Source of the DNA: Paludibacter sp.
GTDB taxonomy: Bacteria > Bacteroidota > Bacteroidia > Bacteroidales > Paludibacteraceae
Assembly: GCA_020049515.1 (NCBI GenBank)
Contig: JAIFKQ010000054.1
Coordinates: forward strand, 1-56,188
Direction: 5' to 3'
Length of the DNA stretch: 56,188 bases
Shown piece by piece: positions 41,246-50,594 of this stretch. Each line of letters starts with the position of its first letter. Within the stretch, counting starts at the first letter, position 1. A model generated the notes under the pieces. That model ran no database searches and was not told where the DNA came from. It was given only the letters and a program-made list of their open reading frames with translations. Position numbers and translations under genes: made by a program.

Positions 41246-42835
41246 ATGCACAGCGAAATACAATTGATTCTGACTCCAGAGCAGGCTCACAAACAAGATT
41301 TACTAACCAAACAGGTTGCCGATAAACTAGAAATTTCACCTTTACGTATAAAACATCTAAGGATATTAAAAAAATCCATTGATTCAAGGGCTTTTTTACC
41401 CAAAATAAACGTTACGGTAGAAGTTTATTGGGACGAGGAAGCGCCAGTAGCAATAGTGCCAGAGTTCAACTACAACCATGTTGGACAAAATACTCCTGTA
41501 ATCATTATTGGAGCTGGACCTGCCGGACTATTTGCTGCGCTAAAATTGATAGAATCGGGATTAAAACCAATAATACTGGAACGCGGAAAAAATGCTCACG
41601 AACGCAAAGTAGATATTGCCCAATTACATAGAAATAAAGGGATTAATACAGAATCGAATTATTGTTTTGGTGAGGGCGGCGCAGGTACTTTTTCGGACGG
41701 TAAGCTCTATACCCGTTCCAAAAAGAAAGGCAATCCTCAACGCATCTTGGAGATTTTTCATCATCATGGCGCTGATGCCATTATACTCCAAGATACACAT
41801 CCACACATTGGCTCCGATAAACTACCATTAGTAATTGGAAATATTAGCAAAACAATAACTTCATGCGGTGGGGAAATTCATTTTGAGCAAAAATTGACCG
41901 AAATTCTGCTGGATGGAAAGCAAGTAATTGGTTGCAAAACAGAAGATGGAAGCATTTTTGAAGCCAAATCGCTGATTCTGGCAACAGGACACTCGGCACA
42001 CGACATTTATGAAATGCTTTACAAACAAGGTATTGCACTGGAAGCCAAAGGTTTTGCAATGGGCGTAAGGGTTGAACATCCACAAGAATTAATTGACACC
42101 ATACAATATCACAACAAAGTACGAAGCGAGTATTTACCTGCTGCCACCTATAATTTGGTAGATCAGGTGAATGAACGTGGCGTATATTCATTTTGTATGT
42201 GTCCAGGCGGTTTTATTGTGCCTGCTGGAAGTGGTGACAATGAGATTGTTGTAAATGGAATGTCGGCTTCGCAACGAAATTCACCTTATGCCAATTCGGG
42301 CATTGTAGTTGAAATTCGCCCAGAAGATATACCCAATGAATATAAAGAATTTGGTGTTCTAGCTGGATTAAAATTTCAGCAATATGTTGAGAACTTAGCG
42401 TTTCGCAACAATGGTGGCTTAGGTCAAGTAGCTCCAGCACAACGCTTAGGAGATTTTGTAAAAGGCAGACTTTCAGCCGATTTACCCGAATGTTCTTACC
42501 TACCTGGATTAATTTCTTCTCCTTTACACTTTTGGTTGCCCGATATTATTTCGTCCAGATTACGCGAGGCATTTAAAAAGTTTGACCGAAAAATGCAAGG
42601 TTATCTTACCAACGATGCCGTAGTAGTAGGTGTAGAATCACGCTCATCGGCGGCTGTGCGCGTGCCTCGCAATACCGAAACGGGCCAACACCCTGATATT
42701 ATAGGACTTTTTCCGGCTGGCGAAGGTTCCGGCTACTCGGGCGGAATTTCATCATCGGCCATTGATGGAGAAAATGCAGCAGAAAAAGTGGCTTTAAGCC
42801 TTATCCCGATAGCTATTATCGGGACAAAAGACTAA
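41246..42835 (+). CDS. NAD(P)/FAD-dependent oxidoreductase
   Basis: IIGAGPAGLFAA, FGEGGAGTFSDGKL, SFCMCPGG and GEGSGYSGGI. Promoter TATCTTTG near 41214. Confidence 0.9.
   Translation: MHSEIQLILTPEQAHKQDLLTKQVADKLEISPLRIKHLRILKKSIDSRAFLPKINVTVEVYWDEEAPVAIVPEFNYNHVGQNTPVIIIGAGPAGLFAALKLIESGLKPIILERGKNAHERKVDIAQLHRNKGINTESNYCFGEGGAGTFSDGKLYTRSKKKGNPQRILEIFHHHGADAIILQDTHPHIGSDKLPLVIGNISKTITSCGGEIHFEQKLTEILLDGKQVIGCKTEDGSIFEAKSLILATGHSAHDIYEMLYKQGIALEAKGFAMGVRVEHPQELIDTIQYHNKVRSEYLPAATYNLVDQVNERGVYSFCMCPGGFIVPAGSGDNEIVVNGMSASQRNSPYANSGIVVEIRPEDIPNEYKEFGVLAGLKFQQYVENLAFRNNGGLGQVAPAQRLGDFVKGRLSADLPECSYLPGLISSPLHFWLPDIISSRLREAFKKFDRKMQGYLTNDAVVVGVESRSSAAVRVPRNTETGQHPDIIGLFPAGEGSGYSGGISSSAIDGENAAEKVALSLIPIAIIGTKD
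42803..42825. repeat. ATCCCGATAGCTATCGGGAC-type palindrome, copy 2, inside the CDS 3' end
   Basis: atcccgatagctattatcgggac, translated as IPIAIIGT. Confidence 0.7.
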
Positions 42836-42931
42836 AGACTTTAATTATAATAATTCAAATACTCGTCTTTATGATTATTTCAAGGTATATAAAGCTTTGA
42901 CTTAAGACTTTTGACCTTAGACATATTTCTC

Positions 42932-43837
42932 ATGAAAAAAAATCAAGCAAAATTCGTTCCCGCTCCCAAACCAACTCACTTTAAAGTGACTGAACCTGTG
43001 GAGTTAATGACATTTCTATTGGCCAAAATGGGCGGTATGAGTCGTAACTCTGTAAAATCATTGTTGGCACACCGTCAGGTAACTGTAAATGATACTATCA
43101 CTACGCAATTCAATCAACTACTTAAACCAAAAGATATTTTAGTAGTAAATAGCTCTCGTGGGAATATTGAATTGTCGCACCCCAAACTGCGCATCATTTT
43201 TGAAGATGCCTACATTATTATCGTCGAAAAGAAAGAAGGTTTATTAACCGTAAGTACTGGCGATAATGACGAAACTACTGCTTTTTCTATCTTACGTAAT
43301 TACGTAAAGAAAAGTTCGCCAACCAACAGAGTTTATACTGTACATCGGTTAGATCGTGAAACTTCTGGCGTACTGATGTTTGCCAAAACCCGTGAAATTC
43401 AACTCGCTTTGCAGGAAAATTGGCATCGTGTCATTACCCGTCGTGTTTACGTTGCCTTAGTAGAAGGAAAAGTTGAAAAGGAACAAGATACAATAGTAAC
43501 GTGGCTTTCGGAAAACGAAAAATCATTGAAAATTCATTCTAGCGATTCCGACAATGGCGGCCAACAAGCTGTAACTCACTATCGTCGCATAAAATCGAAC
43601 GAACAATACTCGTTATTGGAAATAGAATTGGAAACTGGTCGTAAAAACCAAATCCGTGTTCACATGGAAGGAATTGGTCACCCTATAGTTGGCGACAAAA
43701 AATATGGTGCCAACACCAGTCCAATTGCCCGATTGGGATTACATGCCCGGGTATTGGAGTTTTATCATCCCATGTCATTGGAAATAGTGAATTTTGAAAC
43801 ACCGGTACCCAGAAATTTCTTGAGTATATTTCATTAA
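42932..43837 (+). CDS. RluA-family pseudouridine synthase
   Basis: S4-like N-terminus, VHRLDRETSG, LETGRKNQIRVH and HPIVGDKKYG. Confidence 0.93.
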   Translation: MKKNQAKFVPAPKPTHFKVTEPVELMTFLLAKMGGMSRNSVKSLLAHRQVTVNDTITTQFNQLLKPKDILVVNSSRGNIELSHPKLRIIFEDAYIIIVEKKEGLLTVSTGDNDETTAFSILRNYVKKSSPTNRVYTVHRLDRETSGVLMFAKTREIQLALQENWHRVITRRVYVALVEGKVEKEQDTIVTWLSENEKSLKIHSSDSDNGGQQAVTHYRRIKSNEQYSLLEIELETGRKNQIRVHMEGIGHPIVGDKKYGANTSPIARLGLHARVLEFYHPMSLEIVNFETPVPRNFLSIFH

Positions 43838-43963
43838 TCAATACTTTGGGGAATTGAATAAAACGCATTAGTAGTTTTATTCTGTTAAATTTAAATATCA
43901 ACAACTTAGCAATAAATAATTATTCATTATTAATTGTTAATTATTAATTATCTTATAAGAGTT

Positions 43964-44964
43964 ATGTCGAACACAATAGGAAAATTATTCACTTTTACAT
44001 CGTTTGGAGAATCACACGGACGTGGAATTGGTGGAATTGTAGATGGCTGTCCTGCCGGAATAGAAATGGACGAAACGTACATTCAAAATGAATTAAACCG
44101 TCGCCGTCCAGGCCAATCAGATATTTCTACACCTCGTAAAGAGGGAGATAAAGTCGATTTTCTTTCAGGAATTTTTGAAGGAAAAACCACTGGAACACCC
44201 ATTGCATTCGTGATTTGGAACGAAAATCAACACAGTACCGACTACGACCACTTGAAAGAAGTATATCGCCCTTCGCACGCCGATTTTACTTACCAGCAGA
44301 AATACGGAATTCGCGACCATCGTGGTGGTGGACGTAGTTCAGCCCGCGAAACTGCTTCTCGCGTTGGGCATTGAAATTACTGCTTTTACATCGCAAGTTG
44401 GTCATATTGCCATGACGCAGAATTTTGAAACTGCCGATTTATCATTGATTGAAAGCAATATTGTACGCTGTCCCGAAACGGAAACAGCCGAAAAAATGAT
44501 TGCCTACATCAAGGAACTCAAAGAAGAAGGTGATTCAATTGGCGGAATTATTTCGTGCATTATCAAAGGCGTTCCTGTAGGATTGGGTGAACCGATTTTC
44601 GATAAATTGCAAGCGCGTTTGGCACAAGCCATGCTCAGTATCAATGCTACACACGGTTTTGATTACGGTCGTGGATTTGAAGGCGTGAGCATGAAAGGTT
44701 CGCAAATGAACGATTCGTTTAACCAACAATTCGGGTGGCGTACAAGGTGGAATAAGCAATGGACAGGATATTTATTTCCGAGTATTATTCAAACCTGTAG
44801 CTACAATTTCAAAAAAACAAGATACGCTGGACATTCACCAAAAAGAAGTGGAACTGCAAGCTTTTGGTCGACACGATCCTTGCGTTTTGCCACGAGCGGT
44901 GCCTATTGTAGAAGCAATGGCTGCTTTGACGCTGATTGATTTGGTGCTGACAAGAAACCCCTAG
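43964..44964 (+). pseudogene. aroC: Chorismate synthase split over three frames by two internal deletions
   Basis: Frame A: FGESHG...[15 protein letters not shown]. Frame B: [13 protein letters not shown]...GSQMNDSF. Frame C from 44722: [14 protein letters not shown]...[18 protein letters not shown]...RNP*. Junctions near 44363-44366 and 44720-44722. Confidence 0.9.
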
Positions 44965-45114
44965 CCCCTAAAGGGGAACTATTATAGTATTGATTACTAC
45001 CAACTTTAACTTGTTTTATTTGAAAACAGAAAAAACAGAAAAAAAACATAGAAACCAATATTAACTCCTATTCCCCGCAATTTATCCTGCCTGAAGCGGG
45101 AGGGGCTAGGGGTT
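44956..45114. repeat. Inverted REP-like doublet between aroC and the murU-like gene, with a nested insertion
   Basis: AACCCCTAGCCCCTAAAGGGGAA versus TTCCCC[24 nt]AGGGGCTAGGGGTT. Confidence 0.75.
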
Positions 45115-45841
45115 ATTCCCTCACAAACCTTTCAGCTTCGTCCAACACATCCAATTTACCAACATCCATCATCTTAAAATCTGTAGGAACGAAACCACTA
45201 ATTACTTGATTATCTGCATTTGACAAATAAAAATCCATGATAGGAAATTTAGGATTTAACGGTTCCATTAGATCAAAAACTTTTGGAGAAAGCACCTGAA
45301 TACCAGCAAAAGCCAATTTGTTGAACCCTGAAATATCCAAAATTCCTTTCGGTTTTGTCTCTCCTGTTTTTTCATTTAACCATCCGCACAAGCGTTTGTT
45401 TTCGTCGAATAATAAATACCTAAAAGTATCACGCTTGCTCACCAACAATGTAGCCAAAGCATTTGTGGCAAGATGCTGATGGTACAATTCTTTCAAATCT
45501 ACATTCGAAAGAATATCTACATTATGTACCAAAAATGGTTTTCCATCATCAAAAAACCACGCTGCTTTCCTTATTCCTCCACCAGTATCCAGCAATTCAT
45601 CCCTTTCATCAGAAACTTCTATGCGAATACCAAAGTTATCATTCTGCTTCAAAAACTCAATTATTTGCTCTGGAAAATGATGGATGTTTATGATTATTTC
45701 ATCAAAACCAGAAATCTTCAATTTTTCAATTATATATTGAAGCAAAGGTTTTCCATTTATTGGAACTAAAGCTTTGGGAATAGAATCAGTAATAGGTTTT
45801 AAACGCGTACCCAATCCCGCTGCAAATATCATCGCCTTCAT
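45113..45841 (-). CDS. Nucleotidyltransferase (MurU-like, NTP_transferase)
   Basis: MKAMIFAAGLGTRLKP, PKALVPING, LLDTGGG and HNVDI. Coupled to the upstream kinase. Confidence 0.88.
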   Translation of the reverse strand: MKAMIFAAGLGTRLKPITDSIPKALVPINGKPLLQYIIEKLKISGFDEIIINIHHFPEQIIEFLKQNDNFGIRIEVSDERDELLDTGGGIRKAAWFFDDGKPFLVHNVDILSNVDLKELYHQHLATNALATLLVSKRDTFRYLLFDENKRLCGWLNEKTGETKPKGILDISGFNKLAFAGIQVLSPKVFDLMEPLNPKFPIMDFYLSNADNQVISGFVPTDFKMMDVGKLDVLDEAERFVRE

Positions 45842-45842
45842 A

Positions 45843-47267
45843 TTATTCCCCAATAAAATTTTGTTCAATATTCTGTTCTCTGTGTATAAGTTGCACTTCC
45901 ACGCCAAACTTTTTATTAATATGCTCAGCAATTTTTTGTGCCGAATAAACCGAACGATGTCGTCCGCCCGTGCAGCCAAAACTAATCATAAGATTGGTAA
46001 AGCCACGGTCTTTGTATCTTTTTACTGACGCATCAACTAATGCTATGGAGTGGTCGAGATAGGTAAGGATTTCACCATCGTCTTCCAAAAATTTTTTAAC
46101 AGATTCGTCCAAGCCCGTTAAACTTTGGTAGCGTTCGTATTTTCCTGGATTATTCACGGCGCGACAATCGAACACAAAACCGCCTCCATTTCCCGAATTA
46201 TCTTGCGGAATACCTTTTTTGTAGGAGAAACTATACACTTTCACTACCAATGGTTTGCGAATTTCTACCTCCCTAAACTGCTCTAATTCTGTCATTTCTT
46301 TCAACACTTGAAGCAAATAAGGATATTCAGAGTCATCGGTTTTAAGCATTGACCGGAGATTTTCGACAGCAAAAGGAATGCTTTGCAAAAAATGTGGTTT
46401 TTTCTCAAAATAGCCTCTAAAACCATACGCACCAAGCACTTGAAGAGTACGGAAAAGTACAAAATGTTTCAATTGATGACGAAATTCGTCTTCGTTGATG
46501 GGTATTAATTCCTGCAATGCTTTTAAATAAGTATGTAACAACTCCTCACGCAATTCGGCACTATATTGCGCTTTGGCTTGCCACAAAAAGGAAGCCACAT
46601 CATAAAAAAGCGGTCCTTTACGCCCACCCTGAAAGTCGATAAAATAAGGCTCGCCATCTTTTATCATCACGTTACGACTTTGAAAATCGCGGTACATAAA
46701 GGTGTTGGTTTGTGAACGCAACAAAATGGCTGAAAGTTTTGAAAAATCATCTTCCAACAAATTTTCCTGAAAATCGAGTCCTGTAGATTTTAGGAAGCAA
46801 TATTTAAAATAATTCAAATCCCAAAGAATGGAACGCTCGTTAAATTCTGGTTGTGGATAACAGACCGCAAAATCGAAACCTTCCGCACCTTTTACTTGAA
46901 TGGCAGGAAGTAAGCGCATAGTTTTGCGCAACAATTCCTTTTCCGATTCATGAAAAACCCCCGTTTTACGCCCATCAGCAATGGCATCAAAAAGCAGTGT
47001 ATCGCCTAAATCCTCCTGGATATAAAAACGACCATCGGCAGTCTGAATCAAAAACCTTGGCACAGGTAATCCATTAGTATAAAAGTGTTTGGCCATTTGA
47101 ATAAACGCTTTATTCTCGTCAATGGAAGTTCCTTCAACGCCAATAAGCGAAGTTTTTTCGCCTTCCAAACGGAAATACCGACGATTGGAACCCGAAGCAG
47201 AAAGTTCAGTTATACTCACTAATTTTTCGTTGGTATGTTGCTTAAAAAGCGTTTCTAATTCGTTCAT
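45843..47267 (-). CDS. AmgK-like sugar phosphotransferase fused to a RapZ C-terminal domain
   Basis: SGSNRRYFR, YRDFQSRN and IDFQG; C-terminal SFSYKKGIP, FVFDCR and FGCTGGRHRSV. Confidence 0.88.
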   Translation of the reverse strand: MNELETLFKQHTNEKLVSITELSASGSNRRYFRLEGEKTSLIGVEGTSIDENKAFIQMAKHFYTNGLPVPRFLIQTADGRFYIQEDLGDTLLFDAIADGRKTGVFHESEKELLRKTMRLLPAIQVKGAEGFDFAVCYPQPEFNERSILWDLNYFKYCFLKSTGLDFQENLLEDDFSKLSAILLRSQTNTFMYRDFQSRNVMIKDGEPYFIDFQGGRKGPLFYDVASFLWQAKAQYSAELREELLHTYLKALQELIPINEDEFRHQLKHFVLFRTLQVLGAYGFRGYFEKKPHFLQSIPFAVENLRSMLKTDDSEYPYLLQVLKEMTELEQFREVEIRKPLVVKVYSFSYKKGIPQDNSGNGGGFVFDCRAVNNPGKYERYQSLTGLDESVKKFLEDDGEILTYLDHSIALVDASVKRYKDRGFTNLMISFGCTGGRHRSVYSAQKIAEHINKKFGVEVQLIHREQNIEQNFIGE

Positions 47268-47560
47268 ATAAAAAATATTGAAGTGTTTGGAATTTGAAAG
47301 TCAGTAGTACTACTTTAATAAAACTTTTTTCTAAAACAGATAGTAATCATTAAAATTATTGACCATTGATTGATTTTAATTTTATAAATGCAAAGATAAT
47401 AATTTAGTATTTAACAAAGCTCTTTTGTTGACTAATTATTTCATTCTAATTGATAATAAATCTAGTTCGGTACAAAAAAGTCCTATATTTTAAGCTATTT
47501 CGAAAGCTCGTTAATCATTTTTATTACCTTTGTTCGTCATAAAAAAAAACGATGCTCAAT

Positions 47561-48454
47561 ATGAAAAAAAACATCCTTATTCTTGCTTTATTAGCTTTCA
47601 GTATATTTCAATGCCAATCCCAGCTGTTATGGAAAATCACTGGCAATGGATTAAAACATCCCTCCTACTTATTTGGTACACATCATCTTATACCAATTTC
47701 ATTTTTGGATAGCGTTCCTGAACTTTACAAAGCCTTTAACAGTTGCGAAGTCATGGTTGGCGAATTGGTAATAAGTAATATTGATGCTTCTGTGTTAATT
47801 CAACAAGCTGCCATGCTACCTAAAAACATAGAAATGAAGGATTTACTTAGTGAACAGGAATACAATATGGTTGACAATGAATTAAAATCGGTGTTAAAAA
47901 TCGGATTAAAAGATGTAGCTAGCATGAATCCTACCCTTATTCTGACATTATACGAAATGGAAATGTTTAAAAAACTGATAGGAGTTTCGGATGATGTGCA
48001 ATCGGACTCTTACTTTCAGTTGGTAGCCACCGAAAAAGGCAAAAAAGTAATCGGGTTGGAAACTGCCGAAGAGCAAATTTCATTTCTTTTTGGTAATGGA
48101 ACTTTAGAACGTCAAGCAGATGTTTTGGTAGAAACAGTGCTGCAAAAAGAAAGAATTATAAAAGAAATGGAGCATTTGAATAGATTGTATAAAACTGGAA
48201 AAATAGACAATTTACTAGTATCAGCAAATCAGAGAGGTAAAATAACTGATATGACAGATGAAGAATATGCAAAACTAGTTGACAATAGAAATGCGAATTG
48301 GTCAACTAAAATACCTCAATTAATAGATCAATCCCCCTGTTTTATTGCAGTGGGCGCATTGCATTTGAGTGGCAAAAATGGATTGATAAAGCTGTTACAG
48401 AAAGCAGGTTATAAACTTACTCCTACTTCGATGACTTTGCCTAAAGCAAAATAA
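47561..48454 (+). CDS. TraB/GumN family protein
   Basis: Signal peptide, LLWKITGNG..PSYLFGTHH, GLET, RNANW and FIAVGALHL. Confidence 0.9.
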   Translation: MKKNILILALLAFSIFQCQSQLLWKITGNGLKHPSYLFGTHHLIPISFLDSVPELYKAFNSCEVMVGELVISNIDASVLIQQAAMLPKNIEMKDLLSEQEYNMVDNELKSVLKIGLKDVASMNPTLILTLYEMEMFKKLIGVSDDVQSDSYFQLVATEKGKKVIGLETAEEQISFLFGNGTLERQADVLVETVLQKERIIKEMEHLNRLYKTGKIDNLLVSANQRGKITDMTDEEYAKLVDNRNANWSTKIPQLIDQSPCFIAVGALHLSGKNGLIKLLQKAGYKLTPTSMTLPKAK

Positions 48455-48596
48455 TACTGAACAAAAAGAGAGAAAAGAAATAAACCTCATGAAATAAATA
48501 CGGCTAAAGTTGTGCACTAATTTTCGTTCACGCTGAAGTGTAATTATTTGAAATGGTCCTACCAAATTAATCCTTAAGACCGTTTATTTTGACACT

Positions 48597-48632
48597 AAAA
48601 AACCTCTCTTAGCTTCACAGCGAAGAGAGGTT
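48597..48632 (-). terminator. Terminator downstream of tpx
   Basis: AACCTCTCTT...AAGAGAGGTT with an adjacent A tract. Confidence 0.7.
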
Positions 48633-48699
48633 GATAAGTAGTAAATATTTATTTTACAACAGATAAACTGCTTGCTTCACACTACAAGCAATTTTTTAT

Positions 48700-49191
48700 T
48701 TATAATCCTTTAATATCGTAGCTTGGTTCATCTACAGTTTCTGAAACTAACTCGGTATAAATTACCTTTCCAGTTTCATCTACAGCCACCACCGAACGAG
48801 CCATCAAGCCTTTAAGTGGGCCGTCGGTAAATAATACGCCATAATCAGAAGCAAAAGAATTGTATCTAAAATCGGAAGCTGTAGTAACATTTTCGATACC
48901 TTCAGCGCCGCAAAAACGCCCTTGAGCAAAAGGTAAATCTTTTGAAACGCAAATAACAACTACATTTTCTTTTCCAGCTGCCCATTTGTTGAAATTACGT
49001 ACGGAAGCTGCACAAGTACCTGTATCGATGCTTGGGAAAATATTTAACACTACTTTTTTGCCGATATAATCGCTTAAATGAATTTCTTGCAAGCCACCTC
49101 CTACCAATGTAAAATTGGGTGCTTGATCTCCTACTACTGGTAATTGTCCGTTTGTTTGGACGTCTGTGCCTTTAAATTTTACTGTTGACAT
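48700..49191 (-). CDS. tpx: Thiol peroxidase
   Basis: [29 protein letters not shown] and GLMARSV. Confidence 0.95.
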   Translation of the reverse strand: MSTVKFKGTDVQTNGQLPVVGDQAPNFTLVGGGLQEIHLSDYIGKKVVLNIFPSIDTGTCAASVRNFNKWAAGKENVVVICVSKDLPFAQGRFCGAEGIENVTTASDFRYNSFASDYGVLFTDGPLKGLMARSVVAVDETGKVIYTELVSETVDEPSYDIKGL

Positions 49192-49302
49192 AATCAATCG
49201 AATTTATAATTTAGTTTAAAAAAGATTCTGTTAATGTACTAATAACAGTAGATAGAGGTTTTTTGTTTATATTTGCATAGTTTTTTTTCAACAATCTTCA
49301 AT

Positions 49303-50508
49303 ATGGCATTTAAAAACAACATTAACGCTACACTTATTTTAATGATTATTTTTTTTACATCCTGTAAAGACCATAATGAATACAGAGTAGGATCCGAATT
49401 TTCTGAATATCTGCATCGGTTCGAAAAGCAAGCTGGCGATCGTGGAAAAACCTTCAACCTAGAGGCCGAGGGCTTAATAATTGAATTTGCTAATTTAAAA
49501 AATAACACGGCTGGTTTAACACATTACGAAGACCCCATACGTGTAGAAATAGATAAGAGTTATTGGGATGATATTTCAAAATTTGCGGGAGCCGACCTGA
49601 TGAAAGAGAATTTGATATTCCATGAGCTTGGACATGGACTGCTAAATAGAAGACATTTAAATAACACCCTCGAAAATGGAGATTGGAAGTCGATAATGTG
49701 CGGTGGTGAAAACGATGAAAACCGCGAGTGGAATATAAATTATCGGGGTGAACGCAGGGCTTATTATTTGGACGAATTGTTTGACGAAAGCACTCCTACT
49801 CCCGATTTTGCTAGCACACAATTGCTGGTTGATACATCTGGGTTTAAATCTTCATTTATGTTAAATTTCAATTCCCCTACCATGGCAGAGGCAGGGTGGG
49901 ATATAAAAAATAATTCAAATTATTCAACTAGCATCAGCAATGGTAGGTTAAAATTCGAATCGAAAAGTGAATTGATATATCTCATTACTGCCAAAATATC
50001 CATCAATACTGTAAATGATTTTTCTTATGAGTTGACTCTTGAATATCCTACTTCTACAGACCCAGCGAGCCAATATGGGTTGATTTTTGGAACTATACCT
50101 GATTCTACATCAGCACCTTCAGTCAAAGAATCATTGGAGTATTTCACTATCAACAACAATCAAAAAATGAATATGGGTAACCGCACTTGGTATAGTTTTT
50201 TTACCGAATTGCATAAAAATCAAATTACCACTAGCGGAGCTAACACACTAAAAATAATCAAGTTAAATGGCATGTTGTATTATTTCATCAACAATATTTA
50301 CAGTTATCGTTCCGAAATTGAGGCTACTGATGATGGGTTTCACTTCGGATTTTGGGTACCAGCAAAAGGGACAGTATATCTCGAAAATTTAATTATCTCA
50401 ACATTAGCTACTGCCAAAATTTCATCAAGAACAAAAAAGTTACAAACGGTTGAATTTAAAATCACTGCTGCTACACCATTTAACAACCACAGCATACCAA
50501 ACAAATAA
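49303..50508 (+). CDS. Lipoprotein with an N-terminal HExxH zinc-peptidase-like domain and a C-terminal beta-sandwich
   Basis: FFTS-CKD lipobox, IFHELGHGLLNRRH and SIM (Met-turn-like). Promoter TATATTTG at 49268-49275. Confidence 0.7.
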   Translation: MAFKNNINATLILMIIFFTSCKDHNEYRVGSEFSEYLHRFEKQAGDRGKTFNLEAEGLIIEFANLKNNTAGLTHYEDPIRVEIDKSYWDDISKFAGADLMKENLIFHELGHGLLNRRHLNNTLENGDWKSIMCGGENDENREWNINYRGERRAYYLDELFDESTPTPDFASTQLLVDTSGFKSSFMLNFNSPTMAEAGWDIKNNSNYSTSISNGRLKFESKSELIYLITAKISINTVNDFSYELTLEYPTSTDPASQYGLIFGTIPDSTSAPSVKESLEYFTINNNQKMNMGNRTWYSFFTELHKNQITTSGANTLKIIKLNGMLYYFINNIYSYRSEIEATDDGFHFGFWVPAKGTVYLENLIISTLATAKISSRTKKLQTVEFKITAATPFNNHSIPNK

Positions 50509-50594
50509 TTCTAACATACGCACTCAATATTTAACAATAACACTAGCTTGCGACAAAAAAAAGCATTAATAAGCAAGCCATTAATCAACTATTC

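Noticed and set aside
44322-44939. Programmed frameshifting or a split two-gene aroC
   Set aside because: Conserved residues are physically missing at both junctions and no slippery site is evident. I also did not spot the missing segments elsewhere in the window.
45842-45979. 46-aa N-terminal extension of the nucleotidyltransferase
   Set aside because: It overlaps the upstream kinase; the family-typical start is MKAMIFAAG at 45841.
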